This document shows positions 1-11,715 of a stretch of DNA of 64,000 bases, piece by piece (within the stretch, counting starts at the first letter, position 1; each line of letters begins with the position of its first letter). Origin of the DNA: the human T2T-CHM13v2.0 reference genome, Homo sapiens. The stretch is from assembly GCF_009914755.1 (NCBI RefSeq), contig NC_060925.1, one strand, 5' to 3'. The position numbers and the translations under genes are program-made. The notes under the pieces were generated by a model. That model was not told where the DNA came from and made no database searches. It was given only the letters and a program-made list of their open reading frames with translations.

Positions 1-187
<187 letters not shown>

Positions 188-462
188 CTATTGGTATAGA
201 TACCCCTATATGGTAATGTTATGTTTTAAAATGTTTAAGGGATTATAGTAAAAGCACATACCTGCGCACAAAACCCAGCACATATTTTGTACTAAATGTT
301 TTATAAAACATACAATCTTAAAATATATCAAAATTGTATGGCTAATTGAAAGGGAAACTTTTTGCTTTAGGTCACAGTTATTAAAGTATGTGTATTTCAG
401 GGAACATTAGTTACAGGATTACTTGAAGACCCTTCAGTGCAATATTTTTTGGTTTAATAAGA

Positions 463-818
463 TGTATTAGTCCATTTTCACACTGCTGATAAAGCCATAC
501 CCCAGACTGGGCAATTTACAAAAGAAAGGTTTATTGGACTTACAGTTCCTCACGGCTGGGGAGGCCTCACAATCACGGTGGAAGATGAAAAGCACATCTC
601 ACATGGCAGCAGACAAAAGAAGAGAGCTTGTGCAGGGAAACTCCCCTTCATAATACCATCAGATCTGTGATATTTATTCACTATCACAAGAACAGTATGG
701 GAAAGACCCCTTCCCATGATTCAATCACCTCCCACTGGGTCCCTCCTACACCATGTAGGAATGGTAGGAGCTACATTTCAAGGTAAGTTTTGGGTGGTAA
801 CACAACTAAACCATATCA
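463..818 (-). mobile_element. THE1 (THE1B/C-like) MaLR solo LTR
   Basis: Starts TGTATTAGTCC and ends AAACCATATCA (reverse of the THE1 termini); 5-bp TSD TAAGA/TAAGG. Confidence 0.9.
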
Positions 819-1589
819 TAAGGTAAAATTTCTAAACCAGGTTGCAGAATATGAACAATAATATAGTGACATAGATTTTGAGATTTGACTTGGACTTGTA
901 TTTGGGTTCATAGAATTTGACTTGAAGTCTTAAATCATCATGATATCACTGTTAGCATAGTATAATATTATATAAGAAAATAAGCTTTACTTTTTTAAAG
1001 TTTAAAAATTTAATAAATGTGTTCCTGGAGATAATTCCTGGAGAAAAAATAAGCAATTTCAATAGAATCTTCTTTTTCTTTGCTTTGAATATTTTATTCT
1101 ATAAATCAATATAGTACATAATTCCTTATGTCATAAGATGTGGAGGAAACATCTTTTCTTTTGTATTAACAAATATTTGTAAGAATTCAGAGTTGTTAGT
1201 CTATCCTACATTACAAAAAATGTTTGAGTGTCATTCTAAAATTTTCTACTTCTAGCTTCTGAAAAATAATGATTCACCTAGCACATTCATTTACAACTCG
1301 ACTTTCTATAGAATCAATTACAAAAAAACTAACGGTAGAAAATGAGTGGCAAAAAGATTTTCATACATTGCTGAAAGATATAATTAGTGGATATTTAACT
1401 GATAATTAAAGAATCTAATTCAGAGGATGTACAAAGAAGAATACAGGTAAACTTTTGCAGTAGGTAACCACAGAGAATTGGAACAAAAAAAAATTCGAAG
1501 TAAAGGTAAGTTAAAAACAGTTGCATCTACCGATTATAAGAATCAACATTCTTTATTCACTCACTATTCACTGCTGGTTGAAGATCAGC

Positions 1590-1800
1590 AATTTTGTAAC
1601 AATACTTTAGTAAATTTGTAATTCTGTAAAAATTGAAATCTTTAAATTACTAAAATTTTAAATTATAAATGTATAAATTAGTAATTTTGTAAATGTAAAT
1701 TGTACATTTGTAAATCTGTAAATTTGTAAATTAGAAACATTAGAAATTAATAAATTTTAAAACTTAGTAAATTTATCCATGTTTGAAGATTAGTAAATTT
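1590..1800. repeat. Degenerate AT-rich (GTAAATTT-like) low-complexity tandem array
   Basis: Repeated GTAAAT/TAAATT units seen directly. Confidence 0.6.
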
Positions 1801-3120
1801 GCCTCTATAACACTATAAGGGAAATAAAACTTAGTATTCTGCTTCTCACTGAGTTGAAATGAGAATGGCAATCTAGGAAACTCTAGATTTTGCATTTGGG
1901 AGAGAGTCCCATAAAACTGTCTGTACCATACTGTATGCATTCTAAAATAAGCCAGTCTCAGAAATCCAGAGTGGAAAGTTGCTCATTTAGGTGAGAAGCC
2001 ATCTGTGTCCTCTAATAATAAACAGAGTCCTGGGATGTGAAACACAACTAGAAATCACTGGATAGACAAATAGAAAAATATCCCCAGTAGTCATAGAGAT
2101 AATTCAAAGAGAAATTTAAAAGTCAATGATATAAAACAAGATCAGGTATAAAGAACTAAAATTACTAAAAAGAATCTGTGAATTTGGAACTAATAAATGA
2201 AGGTACTAAAAACCACAAGACTTCTAGAGTGTGCAGAGAACAGTGAATGAAAAAAGTAATTTAAAACATAAAAGAAAAAACCTATATAGCTGAAAAGGGG
2301 TACAAAAATATATTAAAAGGGCCCTCTAAAAGTATCAATCCACAGGAAGAAAGCCCAGTCCAGGACTGTTCTAAAAATACTTATAATAAAGAATTAAAAT
2401 AACATTATGAGTAGCATCTCACATAATGATCAGAAACTAGATGCATTTCCTCTAACATCAGGAACAAGGTAAAAATATTCCCTCTTGCTGTTTCTATTCT
2501 ACATCATACTGGAAGTCCTAGCTAATGTAATAACAAAGGAAAAGGAATTAAAACACGTATAGATTGTGAAGGGAGGAAAACAATAAGTCTGTTGGCAAAC
2601 AATAGGATTGTCTATGTAGAAAGTTTCAAAGAATCAACAAAAATTTCCTGGCACTAACAAGAAATTATAGCAAGATGAGAGTATACAAAGTTAATATATA
2701 AGTTATTGCTTTCCTACATATCAGTAATGAATAATTGAAATTTGAAATTAAAAATGACATCATTTATATTTGTATCAAAAAATGTATATACTTAGCTATA
2801 AATATAAGTACAATTTCTGTATTAAAAAACCCCTGCAAAACTAATCACAGAGACCTCAACAATTGGAGAGGTATTCTATGTTCATGGATAGGAAGATTCA
2901 ATATTGTTGAGATATCATTCTTCCCAACTTCATTTATAAATTCGTTGCAATCCCAATCAAAATTGAAGCAGGGTAGTTTCTAGATATTGATGAAATAATC
3001 ATAAAATGTATATAAATAGACAAAAGACCTAAAATTATCAACAAAATACTGAACATGATAAAGAAATTTGGAGGACTGGCATGAATCACTTTGTAGACTT
3101 TATACAAGACTACTGTAACT

Positions 3121-3162
3121 GAGTATTGTATTGTTTTGTGTTGTATTGTATTGTATTGTATT
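3121..3162. repeat. (GTATT)n microsatellite
   Basis: Pentamer repeats seen directly. Confidence 0.85.
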
Positions 3163-4681
3163 GGTGAAAGAAAATAAAAGAGCAGTGCAATAGAATAGAG
3201 AGCCCAGGTATAGATCCAGCAAATATAGTCAAGTTATCTTTTACAAAAGATTAAAAGTAACTCAGTGGAGAAAGTATAGTCTTTTTAGCAAATATTTCCA
3301 GAATAAATGGAAAGCTACATGTAAAAATATGAAACTATATACAAGCCTTAGCCTTTCATAAAAATGAACTCAAAAGGTATAGGAGACTTGAGCATAAAAT
3401 GTAAAACCTGTCTTCCATTCTAGACTATAGAATGTCTAGAAGACAATATAGTAGAAAATGTAGATGACCTTACAGTTGATAATGACTTTTATTTTAGATG
3501 CAACACTAAAAGCATGATTTATGAAAGAAAAAGTTGATAAATTGGACTACGTTACAATTTAAAACTTCTGCACTTTGAAAGTCATTACTAAGAGAATGAA
3601 GAGACAAGCCAGATTCTGTGAGAAAATATTTGCAAAACTTTTATCTGATAAAGGACTGGTATAGAAAATATGCAAAATTCTTTAAAACTCAAAAGAAGAA
3701 ATATACAACACACTTAAAAGGCAAAAATCTGAAATGATACCTCATCAAAGATGATATACAGATGGCAAAAAAGCATATGAAAAGATGCTCAACATGATGT
3801 CATTAGGGAATCGCAAATTAAAACAACAATGGCATATCACTATAAATCTATTAATATAGTTAAAGGTCAAAGCACTAACACCTCCAAATACTTGGAAGGA
3901 TATTGAACAGGAACTTTCATTTATTGTTGGTGATAATCTAAAATGGTACAGCCACTTTGGAAGACTGTTTTGGAGTTTTCCACAAAGTAAGAACACTTTA
4001 CCATATGGTCCAACAATTGCACCCCTAGATATTTACCCAAATAAGTTGAAAACTTATGTCCTCTAAATAGCCTGCATACAAGTGTTTGTAGTACTTTTAT
4101 TCAGAATTTCCAGAAATTGGAAGTAACCAAGATATTCTTCTATAGGCCAATAAATAAAAAAACTGTGGAAAATCCATACATAGTTTAATAAAAGTTAATA
4201 AAAAGAAATGAACTATGCATCCATGAAAAGACATGGAGGAAACTTAAATCCGTATAGCTAAGTGAATAAAGCCTGCATAAAAGGTTATATACTATATAAT
4301 TCCAACCATCTGGAATTCTGGAAAAGGCAAAAAATAGGGTAGAAAGATCAATACTTGCCAGGGTTTGGTGGGAGAGTGGAAAAGATGAATAGGTGGAACC
4401 CAGAAAATTTTTATGGGAGTCAAAGTTTTATATATAATACTATAATGGTAGATATATGACATTATGCATTTGTCTAAACTGGTACAACTATACAACACAA
4501 AGAGTGAACCCTTATGTAAACTATGGACTTTAGTTAATAATAATGTATCAATATTGGCTCAACCATTTTTGTAAATACAGCACACTAGTGCAAGATGTTA
4601 ATAACAAGGAAAACTTCACTGGAGTGGGAAGAGGATATATGGAAATCTGCGTTTTGCTCAATTTTTCTCTTAACCTAAAAC

Positions 4682-5470
4682 TGAAATGGGAAAGGTTCCT
4701 TTGTCCCTCTTGCACGGTGTGAGACAGAGGGAGTGGCTCGCTTCTTCAGTGCCCCAGTGCTCAAACCTCTAGGGGAGCATAGAGACAGGCAGGCTGTAGG
4801 GCTCCAACCCCATTGCAATGCCTAGGGGTGAATGTTTACAGCTCCTGAAACCCCAGTGGGCGTGTGTTACAGAGTGTTCCTTTAGTTTAGCTGTCCATAA
4901 GTGGCTTGTGTTTATCAGCTCAATTAGAACCTCAGCCTTATGACAAGGACAGGGGGCTTTCTGTATCCCAGGGATTTTTGCCCTGGTGTACCAGAAGAAT
5001 CGGATCACACCTGGGCTTGGAGAATGAGTGCCAGGTTTTACTGAGTGGAAGTAGCTCTCAGCAGATGAAGGAGCCAGAAGGGAGATGGAGTGGGAAGGTT
5101 TCCCCTGGAGTCGGGCCTCTCAGCAGCTGGACTCTTCTCCAACTGCCCTGGCCAAACTCCGCATTGTTCTGCCGGTGGATGGCCTGCCTGAGTGCTGGTA
5201 TCTGCTAGTGCTTGTGAGCGTGCTCTTCCACTGATGTGCTCCTCTTGACATCCAGCCGCTTGTTGTCTCTGCCTGATAGGGTCTTCGGGTTTTTATACGC
5301 ACAGGATCGGGGTATGGTGGGCCAGGGGTGTCTTGGAAAATGCAACGTTTGGGCACAAAGGCAAGAGTGCCTGTCCTCACCTAAGTCCGTGGGCCTATGC
5401 CCGAGGGTGGAGCCCTAGCGAGGGACCCGCTTTTCTCTACCCAGCACTTCCCTGTTCTCCTCCCATGTCA
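4682..5470 (-). mobile_element. ERV1 solo LTR, LTR1 (HUERS-P2) family-like
   Basis: TG...CA termini; minus strand begins TGACATGGGAGGAGAACAGGGAAGTGCTGGGTAGAG; TATAAAA on minus near 5290; 4-bp TSD AAAC/ACAC. Confidence 0.8.
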
Positions 5471-6109
5471 ACACTGCTCTACAAATAAAGTCTATAAAAA
5501 CAAATAGTTAAAAAATAGACTCAAGTATCCTCAAAAAATAATAATCAAGTCAAGGCATTCGAAAATGCTGAGAAACCTTTTCTATCCTATGGAGGAATTA
5601 TCCCAAAGAATTTAGAATTTAATGTGCAATAGAGATTTCTTCTCAAACATAAAAATTTAAAAAATAGAGATAATTTAGTGGCATTGTTTCAGATGAGCTC
5701 ATATTTATTTAATAGAAATAAAATATTTTGGCTTCACTGGCCTTTGTTTTCTCACATTCTAGTGTCTTGAAACTGCTAAAGATGGTATAGTTGACATTTT
5801 TAAGGCATGTATTGCCCTAAGGGTGATAGGAGTTGATACTAGAGTTATGTAACAAAGCTAAGTAAAATACTTCATAAAGTACGCTTAAAATGCCTCATTT
5901 AATCAGAGTAATCCTAACAAACCTTATTTCCTTAGTTTAAGGGTATAGACTAAACTACTATACCGATGAGGACCACAAGTATGAGGCTTAAATGATAGAA
6001 GTTGATTAATATGCCATGTAATAGATCTGAGATAGATGCACAGTTTGTTGAGTGTTTTTTTTTGTTTGTTTTGTTTTTTCACACTTAATGTATTTTCCCT
6101 CTGAGTTTA

Positions 6110-6300
6110 AGGTGGCTGTTTTGGCTTCTGCCATTATATCTGCATTTCACACAATTGGAAGGAAGAAATAGCAGGAAACACACTTTCACATATTTAAGGA
6201 GATGACTGTAAGTGCCATAATCATTTCTGCTCTCATTTTGAGATATGTTACATGGCAAGAAAGCTGGAAAACATAGTCATTACCTGGGTAACCCTGTGCC
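6110..6300. mobile_element. Degenerate MLT1-like MaLR fragment
   Basis: Weak resemblance (TTTCTGCTCTCATT...CATGGCAAGAAAGCTGGAAAACATAGTC); boundaries approximate. Confidence 0.35.
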
Positions 6301-7453
6301 TATGTAAATTCTATTATATGAAGAAGGCAAAAATTAATATATATACAGTCTGCTAAAAATCACCGTCATTGTGGAAATCTATGCCTACTTCTCCATGGTA
6401 GGAAAATTTTGTTTGACTGATTAGACATTTTGCCATGAAAATTGTGTTCCCAATGCTTCTGCTATGTGGTTCTTAAGACAAGAAAAGTATTCACCTTGGC
6501 TCCAGGGACCGTCTTCTATGAGAGCTTCCAGGTGAGCTTCCAGAGTTGGCATGATTTCCCACCAAATGCAGTGAGCAAATATTTCACATTTGGATGTGAT
6601 ATCATTGGTTGTCTTGAGCCAAAACAAGCACAACAAAACAAACTGTGCCCTGCACCAGGTCTTCAGCTCTTTCCCTTCTCAGAAAGCCAAGCACAATATA
6701 TAATTAATGTTTTTAGAAACAGAAAAAATATCTGCAGCTGCCATTGCCCTCACCACAGGTAGTACACAATCTGATATTAACGTTATGTTAACCAGTTGTG
6801 TCAGGTCTTATTATAAACAATAGAAACAATCTTAAACAAAAACAAAGTTAATAATGAGAACAGAATAATTGCAAAGATATCAGAGGTTCACAGAATAGAC
6901 AAGAGGATGGAGGGATGGGCCAGATGACAGATAATTGCCCCAAGGCAATTGTATTCTGAGTCCTACTCTGAAGATTTTAGGACTCAGAATAGATCTACCA
7001 TTACCAAAAAAAAAAAAAAAAAGAAAGGAAAAGAAAAAGATAATTTGTTTCGTGCTATGAGCAGAGATCTGAATTCCACTATTACTATAGTTTTTGTGTC
7101 ACCAGTTCAATAGTAAAACATTAATCCAAGTCGGGAGATTTCTAGGGGAGACAAAGTATTTGGCCCACTTATTTTGCCCTTTTGTAAAAACTGGGGAATT
7201 CCCTTCAAAGAGAGGCATAGTAATAGTAATAAGATAGTATTGAATGTTGAATAGCAAAAACAAGTCAAATATGTGCTATCTCAGTGTAGTTTATGCTAAA
7301 TTCAGGAACAAAATTATAATTTCCCTCTAGGAAATATTCCTCCCCCCTCTTGGAAAACTTGGACTTTCTCATTTGAGTTATAAATTTTTCCAGAGTCATA
7401 AATTGCATCACCACTTAAAGCTTTCCGTCATGAGTGAAAGTAGCCGGGGCTGG

Positions 7454-7823
7454 TGTTGTGGGTTGTAAAGGATTTTACTAAGACAGTTGTAGGTAAAGAA
7501 AGGCAGATTTATTAGAAAAAGTATGAAAATATGCTGCAAGGTTGCAGTGGGCAGCACGACAGAGGAAGAGCTGTCTGCAAACAGGCAGGGGCTGGAGGGA
7601 AGTTTTATAGGGTCTTGCTGGAGGGGCTACATGAGGAATAAGGTCGTGCTGCTGGGATAAGTGTGGAGTGAGATCATTGTGCCCATGGGCTATTTGTGAT
7701 AGGTCATTTCTCAGAACAATTGTTCATTGTTCTTCCCTATCTGGGGCTCTCCCCAACCTACGGTTTATCCCCTCCTGGGGCCCCTTCCCCCTTGTTGCTT
7801 AATTGTCTTATCAGGACTTGACA
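7454..7823 (-). mobile_element. ERV solo LTR, family not assigned
   Basis: TG...CA-bounded GC-richer block with AATAAA (~7508) and TATAAAA (~7603) on the minus strand in LTR order. Confidence 0.55.
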
Positions 7824-8242
7824 CTTTCTAAAAGGCAATATTCCACATCCCAGCAATTCCTAAGTGGTCCTGAGATGTTTTCATTATTTAGTGAGTGAAG
7901 CAAGAAGAGAACATTTTCTTCTAAGCCTTGTCCATGATAAAAATTTTCTAATGCCACTACCATAAGGGCCACATTGTGTCCAGCTTGGCACCAAATAATC
8001 ATATGATGGAGAAAATAATTTCATGCTTTGAATAGCACCCCAAACATATCTGTGACAAGTGTGCAGACATCAGGACGTTTATAAATATCCCTTGAATTTG
8101 TTTTGTCTTTTTTAGCAAATAATTCTTAAGTTTCAACAAGTGGTATGCATGTGGTAAATAAAGGATACTTTCTAGCCTAAACTCCTGTATAACACAAGTT
8201 TCTAAAACCTCAAATCACTGTTCAAATATCACCTAGCCATTA

Positions 8243-8974
8243 TTAAATTGCATTTGCAAAAAAAAAAAAAAAAAAAAAAAAGAAGAACTGAGTTAATTAT
8301 GACAGTGAAAGAGATCTAACCTAACCGCCTCCATCTTGGTTCTAACCTCTAAGCTGTCCTTGTTCATTCCCAGGCAGAGGCTGAACTAACCTTGAGAAGG
8401 AATTTAGTGTGTAGATTAACTTTGAAATAAAAGTGATATCCTTTTTCTGAAAGAAACCCTCTCCTTTCCTGAAGACCAGTCTGCCTTTATAGGACTAACA
8501 GATTCGCTGCAAGATTGGAAATTACTTAGGAGCCATGTAGCCTCTAGCTGCAAGAGTCTGAACTTCCCCAAATTGCTCCTGGGAATAACATCACTGTTGT
8601 AAAACCAAAGATCAGTGCTTGAGATATTACTGATGCACCAGCTGATGCCACCCAGACTGGTAATCTTGCTCAATCAGTTCTGTGATCCCACCCATGAATA
8701 GAAGACAGCAAGAACAACTCACTTTCTCACTTCCACCCTCTATGACTTTATCTCCAGTCATCACTCCCCACTTCCTGAGGCCCTGCCCACCAAATTATAC
8801 TTGAAAACTCTGATCCTCGAATTCTTAGGGAGACTGATTTGAGTAATAATAAAACTCCAGTCCCCCATACAGCTGCCTCTGTTTGAATTAAACTCTTTCT
8901 CTTTTGCTATTCTCTGTCTTGATAAATTGGCTCTGTCTAGGCAGTGAGAAAGGGGAACCTGCTGGGCCGTTACA
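8243..8974 (+). mobile_element. LTR8 (ERV1) solo LTR
   Basis: TTATGACAGTGAAAGAGATCTAACCTAACCGCCTCCATCTTG...CTAAGCTGTCCTTGTTCATTCC; ends GAACCTGCTGGGCCGTTACA. Confidence 0.85.
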
Positions 8975-9205
8975 CTTATGCACAAAGGTTTTAAAACAGT
9001 ACATTATTCTTATATTTTAGATTTGCCTTAATATCCCCATGGAATAGTTCTTCACGAAGCTGTCAGTGTATCTTTAATTACATAGAATTTAAAGTTTTGA
9101 AGATACGACCAGGTAGTTTGAGGACAACCCTAGTTTTTGTTTGTTTTCACTTGTTGTTTTACTATATATTATATATGCTTACTGGATTTAGGAGACATGG
9201 CATAG

Positions 9206-9536
9206 TGTGGCAGGTGAGATCTCACTAATGGTTGAACAGGCACAGGCCTCCATAAAAGCTGCTTTAGCACTGACTGAGTAGTTAGGTTAAAATTAAAACT
9301 GAGAGGGCCAGTGCCCTCACATAAAGGCTAGAAAGTAACATTAGCCTGCCAAGAGTGTTGCCTGGGCCTCCCCTGGGCCTTACACCATGTCAAGATAAGA
9401 AAGGAATTCTTACATTCCTCATACCAGGATCCGTTTAGGATGAGGCAAGTTTTATTGAGGGTCTGAAGATACTCTCCAGACCTTCATACCTTAGCTGGAG
9501 ACAAAATAAGGGTAATCACTCCCAAAATAAGGGTAA
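9206..9536 (+). mobile_element. MER67-family LTR, 3'-truncated
   Basis: TGTGGCAGG...TCTCACTAA...CAGGCCTCCATAA...GCACTGACTGAGTAGTTAGGTTAAA; ends at a 14-bp direct repeat CAAAATAAGGGTAA. Confidence 0.7.
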
Positions 9537-9764
9537 ACCAATCCCTTTAAAAGCAATCCTCAAATTTGACATTTAACCTATTAGAAGCTTATTTTTTTCT
9601 CAAATTTTTTTTTCTTTTCTTTCTACAAAACTAAATCATGAATTTTCAGTCTGACCTTAGGTCTTTGACTTGACAATCATCACTGTCTGGCTAACAAAAT
9701 AATATATGTGTATGTGTGCATGTAAAACCACAATGGCTGATCTTTCAAATTCTCTTTTTTAATA

Positions 9765-11012
9765 TTTTCAACTTTTATTTTAGATTCAGGGGGTACACGT
9801 GCAGGTTTGTTACATGGGTGTGAACCCAAAGTGTCTGAGACAGGTCTCAATTTAGAAAGTGTATTTTGCCAAGGTTAAGGATGCACATATGACAGCCTCA
9901 GGAGGTCCTAACAACATGTGCCCAAGGTGGTTGGGGCACAGCTTGGTTTTAAGCACTTTAGGGTTACATGAGACATCAATCAATATGTATAAATATACAT
10001 TGGTTCAGTTTAGAAAGGGGGGCTTCCAGATTATAGGTAGATATATGCTTTTAGACATTTTGGGGAGATATGAAACGTCAATCAAGATATGTAAGGCATA
10101 TACGGGTTTAGTCCAGGAAGGTTGGACAATTCAAAGTGGGGACTTCCAAGTCACAGGTAAATAGGAGACAGATGGTTGCATTATTCTGAGTCTTTGATCA
10201 GCCTTTCATTGAATATACAATTTACGTGTGAGAGGAGACTAGAGGTATAGTCATTTATGGCTTACTCTGGCTCAGTAGATCTGCATTTTTACATAAGCCA
10301 AAGGGCAGAAGAAACAATTAGACATGTTTTTGTCTCAGGTGACCAGAAGGATGGCTTTCCCTCTAACACTTGTGAAGATAAGCTATCAATTTACATTGTC
10401 AGGGTGTGATTCAATATAACTGTGTTAGAGTAAAGATCTTGAGGCCTACAAGGAATTTCCTTGTGGGCAAATTATGAGGGAGGTATGCAACTTTTTTATC
10501 TTTGTAGCTAGCTTATTTAAAAATAAAATTTGAGGCAAGTTTACCTTGCACAGTTTCCAGTTTAGCTTTTCCCTTTGGCTTAGTGATTTTGAGGTCCCAA
10601 GGTTTATTTTCTTTTCACACGGGCATATCGGGTGATGCTGAGGTTTGGGGTATGAATGATCCCATCACTCAGGTACTGAGGATAGTACCCAACAGTTTTT
10701 CAACCCCTGCCCTCCTCCTTCCCTCCCCTCTACAATAGTCATCAGTGTCTATTGTTTCCATCTTTATGTCCATGTGTAATCAATGTTTAGCTCCCACTTA
10801 TAAGTGAGAACATGTGATATTTGGTTTTCTGTTCCTATGTTAATTTGCTTAGGATAATGGCCTCCAGCTGTATCCATGTTGCTCAAAGAATATAATTTCA
10901 TTCTTTTTTTATGGCTGTGTAGTATTCTATGGTATATATGCACCACATTTTCTTTATCCAGTCTACCACTGACGGGCATTTAAGTTGATGCCTTGTCTTT
11001 GCTTTTATGAAT
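9765..11012 (-). mobile_element. L1 3' end (older L1PA/L1PB type), split by MER4 LTR
   Basis: TTTAGATTCAGGGGGTACACGTGCAGGTTTGTTACATGGG | ...GATGCTGAGGTTTGGGGTATGAATGATCCC...CTCCCACTTATAAGTGAGAACATG. Confidence 0.85.
9819..10619 (-). mobile_element. MER4-family (ERV1) solo LTR
   Basis: Minus strand starts TGTGAAAAGAAAATAAACCTTGGGACCTCAAAATCACTAAGCCAAAGGG; 4-bp TSD TGGG/CGGG inside the L1. Confidence 0.9.
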
Positions 11013-11024
11013 AGAAGCTTACTT

Positions 11025-11715
11025 TTTAGCTCATGTAACTATGTCATGTGGGTAATCTTCCATGCAATAATTTAGGCAACCTATGTTCTTCCTACCTGTG
11101 GCTTTGTCATGCCCTGGATGTCAGCATTCTCAGCTCAACCTTTTGCATCTTTTGATGAGACAGGTAGAAAGAATGTGGAGGGTCATGTGGTAGGTTTTTT
11201 TGGGCCAAATTTGAAAGTGGCAAACCTGACTTCTATTCTCATTCCATTATCTGAAACTCAGCTGCACAGCTATTTCTAACTGCAAGGGAAGAATGTAGGC
11301 TAGTTTTGTGATAGTCTTTCTAGGAAGCAAGAGCCAAAAAGTGTCAGGTTCTAACTGAGGTCTGAGAGGAGTCAGTGGGCAAGTAGCAGGTAGCTGGAAA
11401 AACACTCAAGGAATCGTAGATAGTTTTGACATGGATTTACTCTCTCTTGGCACATGAGCAAGCCATATGTACAGCATTAGCAGGGTAATTATACTTTTAC
11501 AAACAAAAGGGCTCTGAGCCAAGCATGAGTTCACGTGGGTGATCACCTAATGTGCCTCACGTGGTGTGGTTACATAATGTGTGGGGTTGTGCTCCTGCGC
11601 TCCAAACCCGCCGAGTCATGCAGCACCAGAAGGCCGCCTCAGGCCACTCCTGACTAAAGTGAAGCCATTTCCTTTACAAAGAGTTTGATAAACAACTAGA
11701 CAAACTCTGCTACAG
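11025..11715. mobile_element. MLT1 (J/K-like) MaLR remnant interrupted by LTR18
   Basis: ACTTCTATTCTCATTCCATT...CTAACTGCAAGGGAAG motif; boundaries approximate. Confidence 0.45.
11342..11678 (-). mobile_element. LTR18 (HERVL18) solo LTR
   Basis: Minus strand TGTAAAGGAAATGGCTTCACTTTAGTCAGGAG...CGGGTTTGGAGCGCAGG; 337 bp; TSD AAAAG/AAGAG. Confidence 0.8.

Larger units (their letters stand above)
2420..5515 (+). mobile_element. Old L1 (L1MB/L1MC-like), ORF2 RT region to 3' end, interrupted by an LTR at 4682-5470
   Basis: Degenerate ORF2 (WRGILCSWIGRFNIV in ORF 2735..2983); 3'UTR GAGTGAACCCTTATGTAAACTATGGACTTT; tail ...AACCTAAAAC | ACTGCTCTACAAATAAAGTCTA resumes after the LTR. Confidence 0.85.

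Noticed and set aside
9940-10165. Internal ~100-bp imperfect duplication in the MER4 LTR
   Set aside because: Probably intrinsic to the MER4 subfamily structure rather than locus-specific
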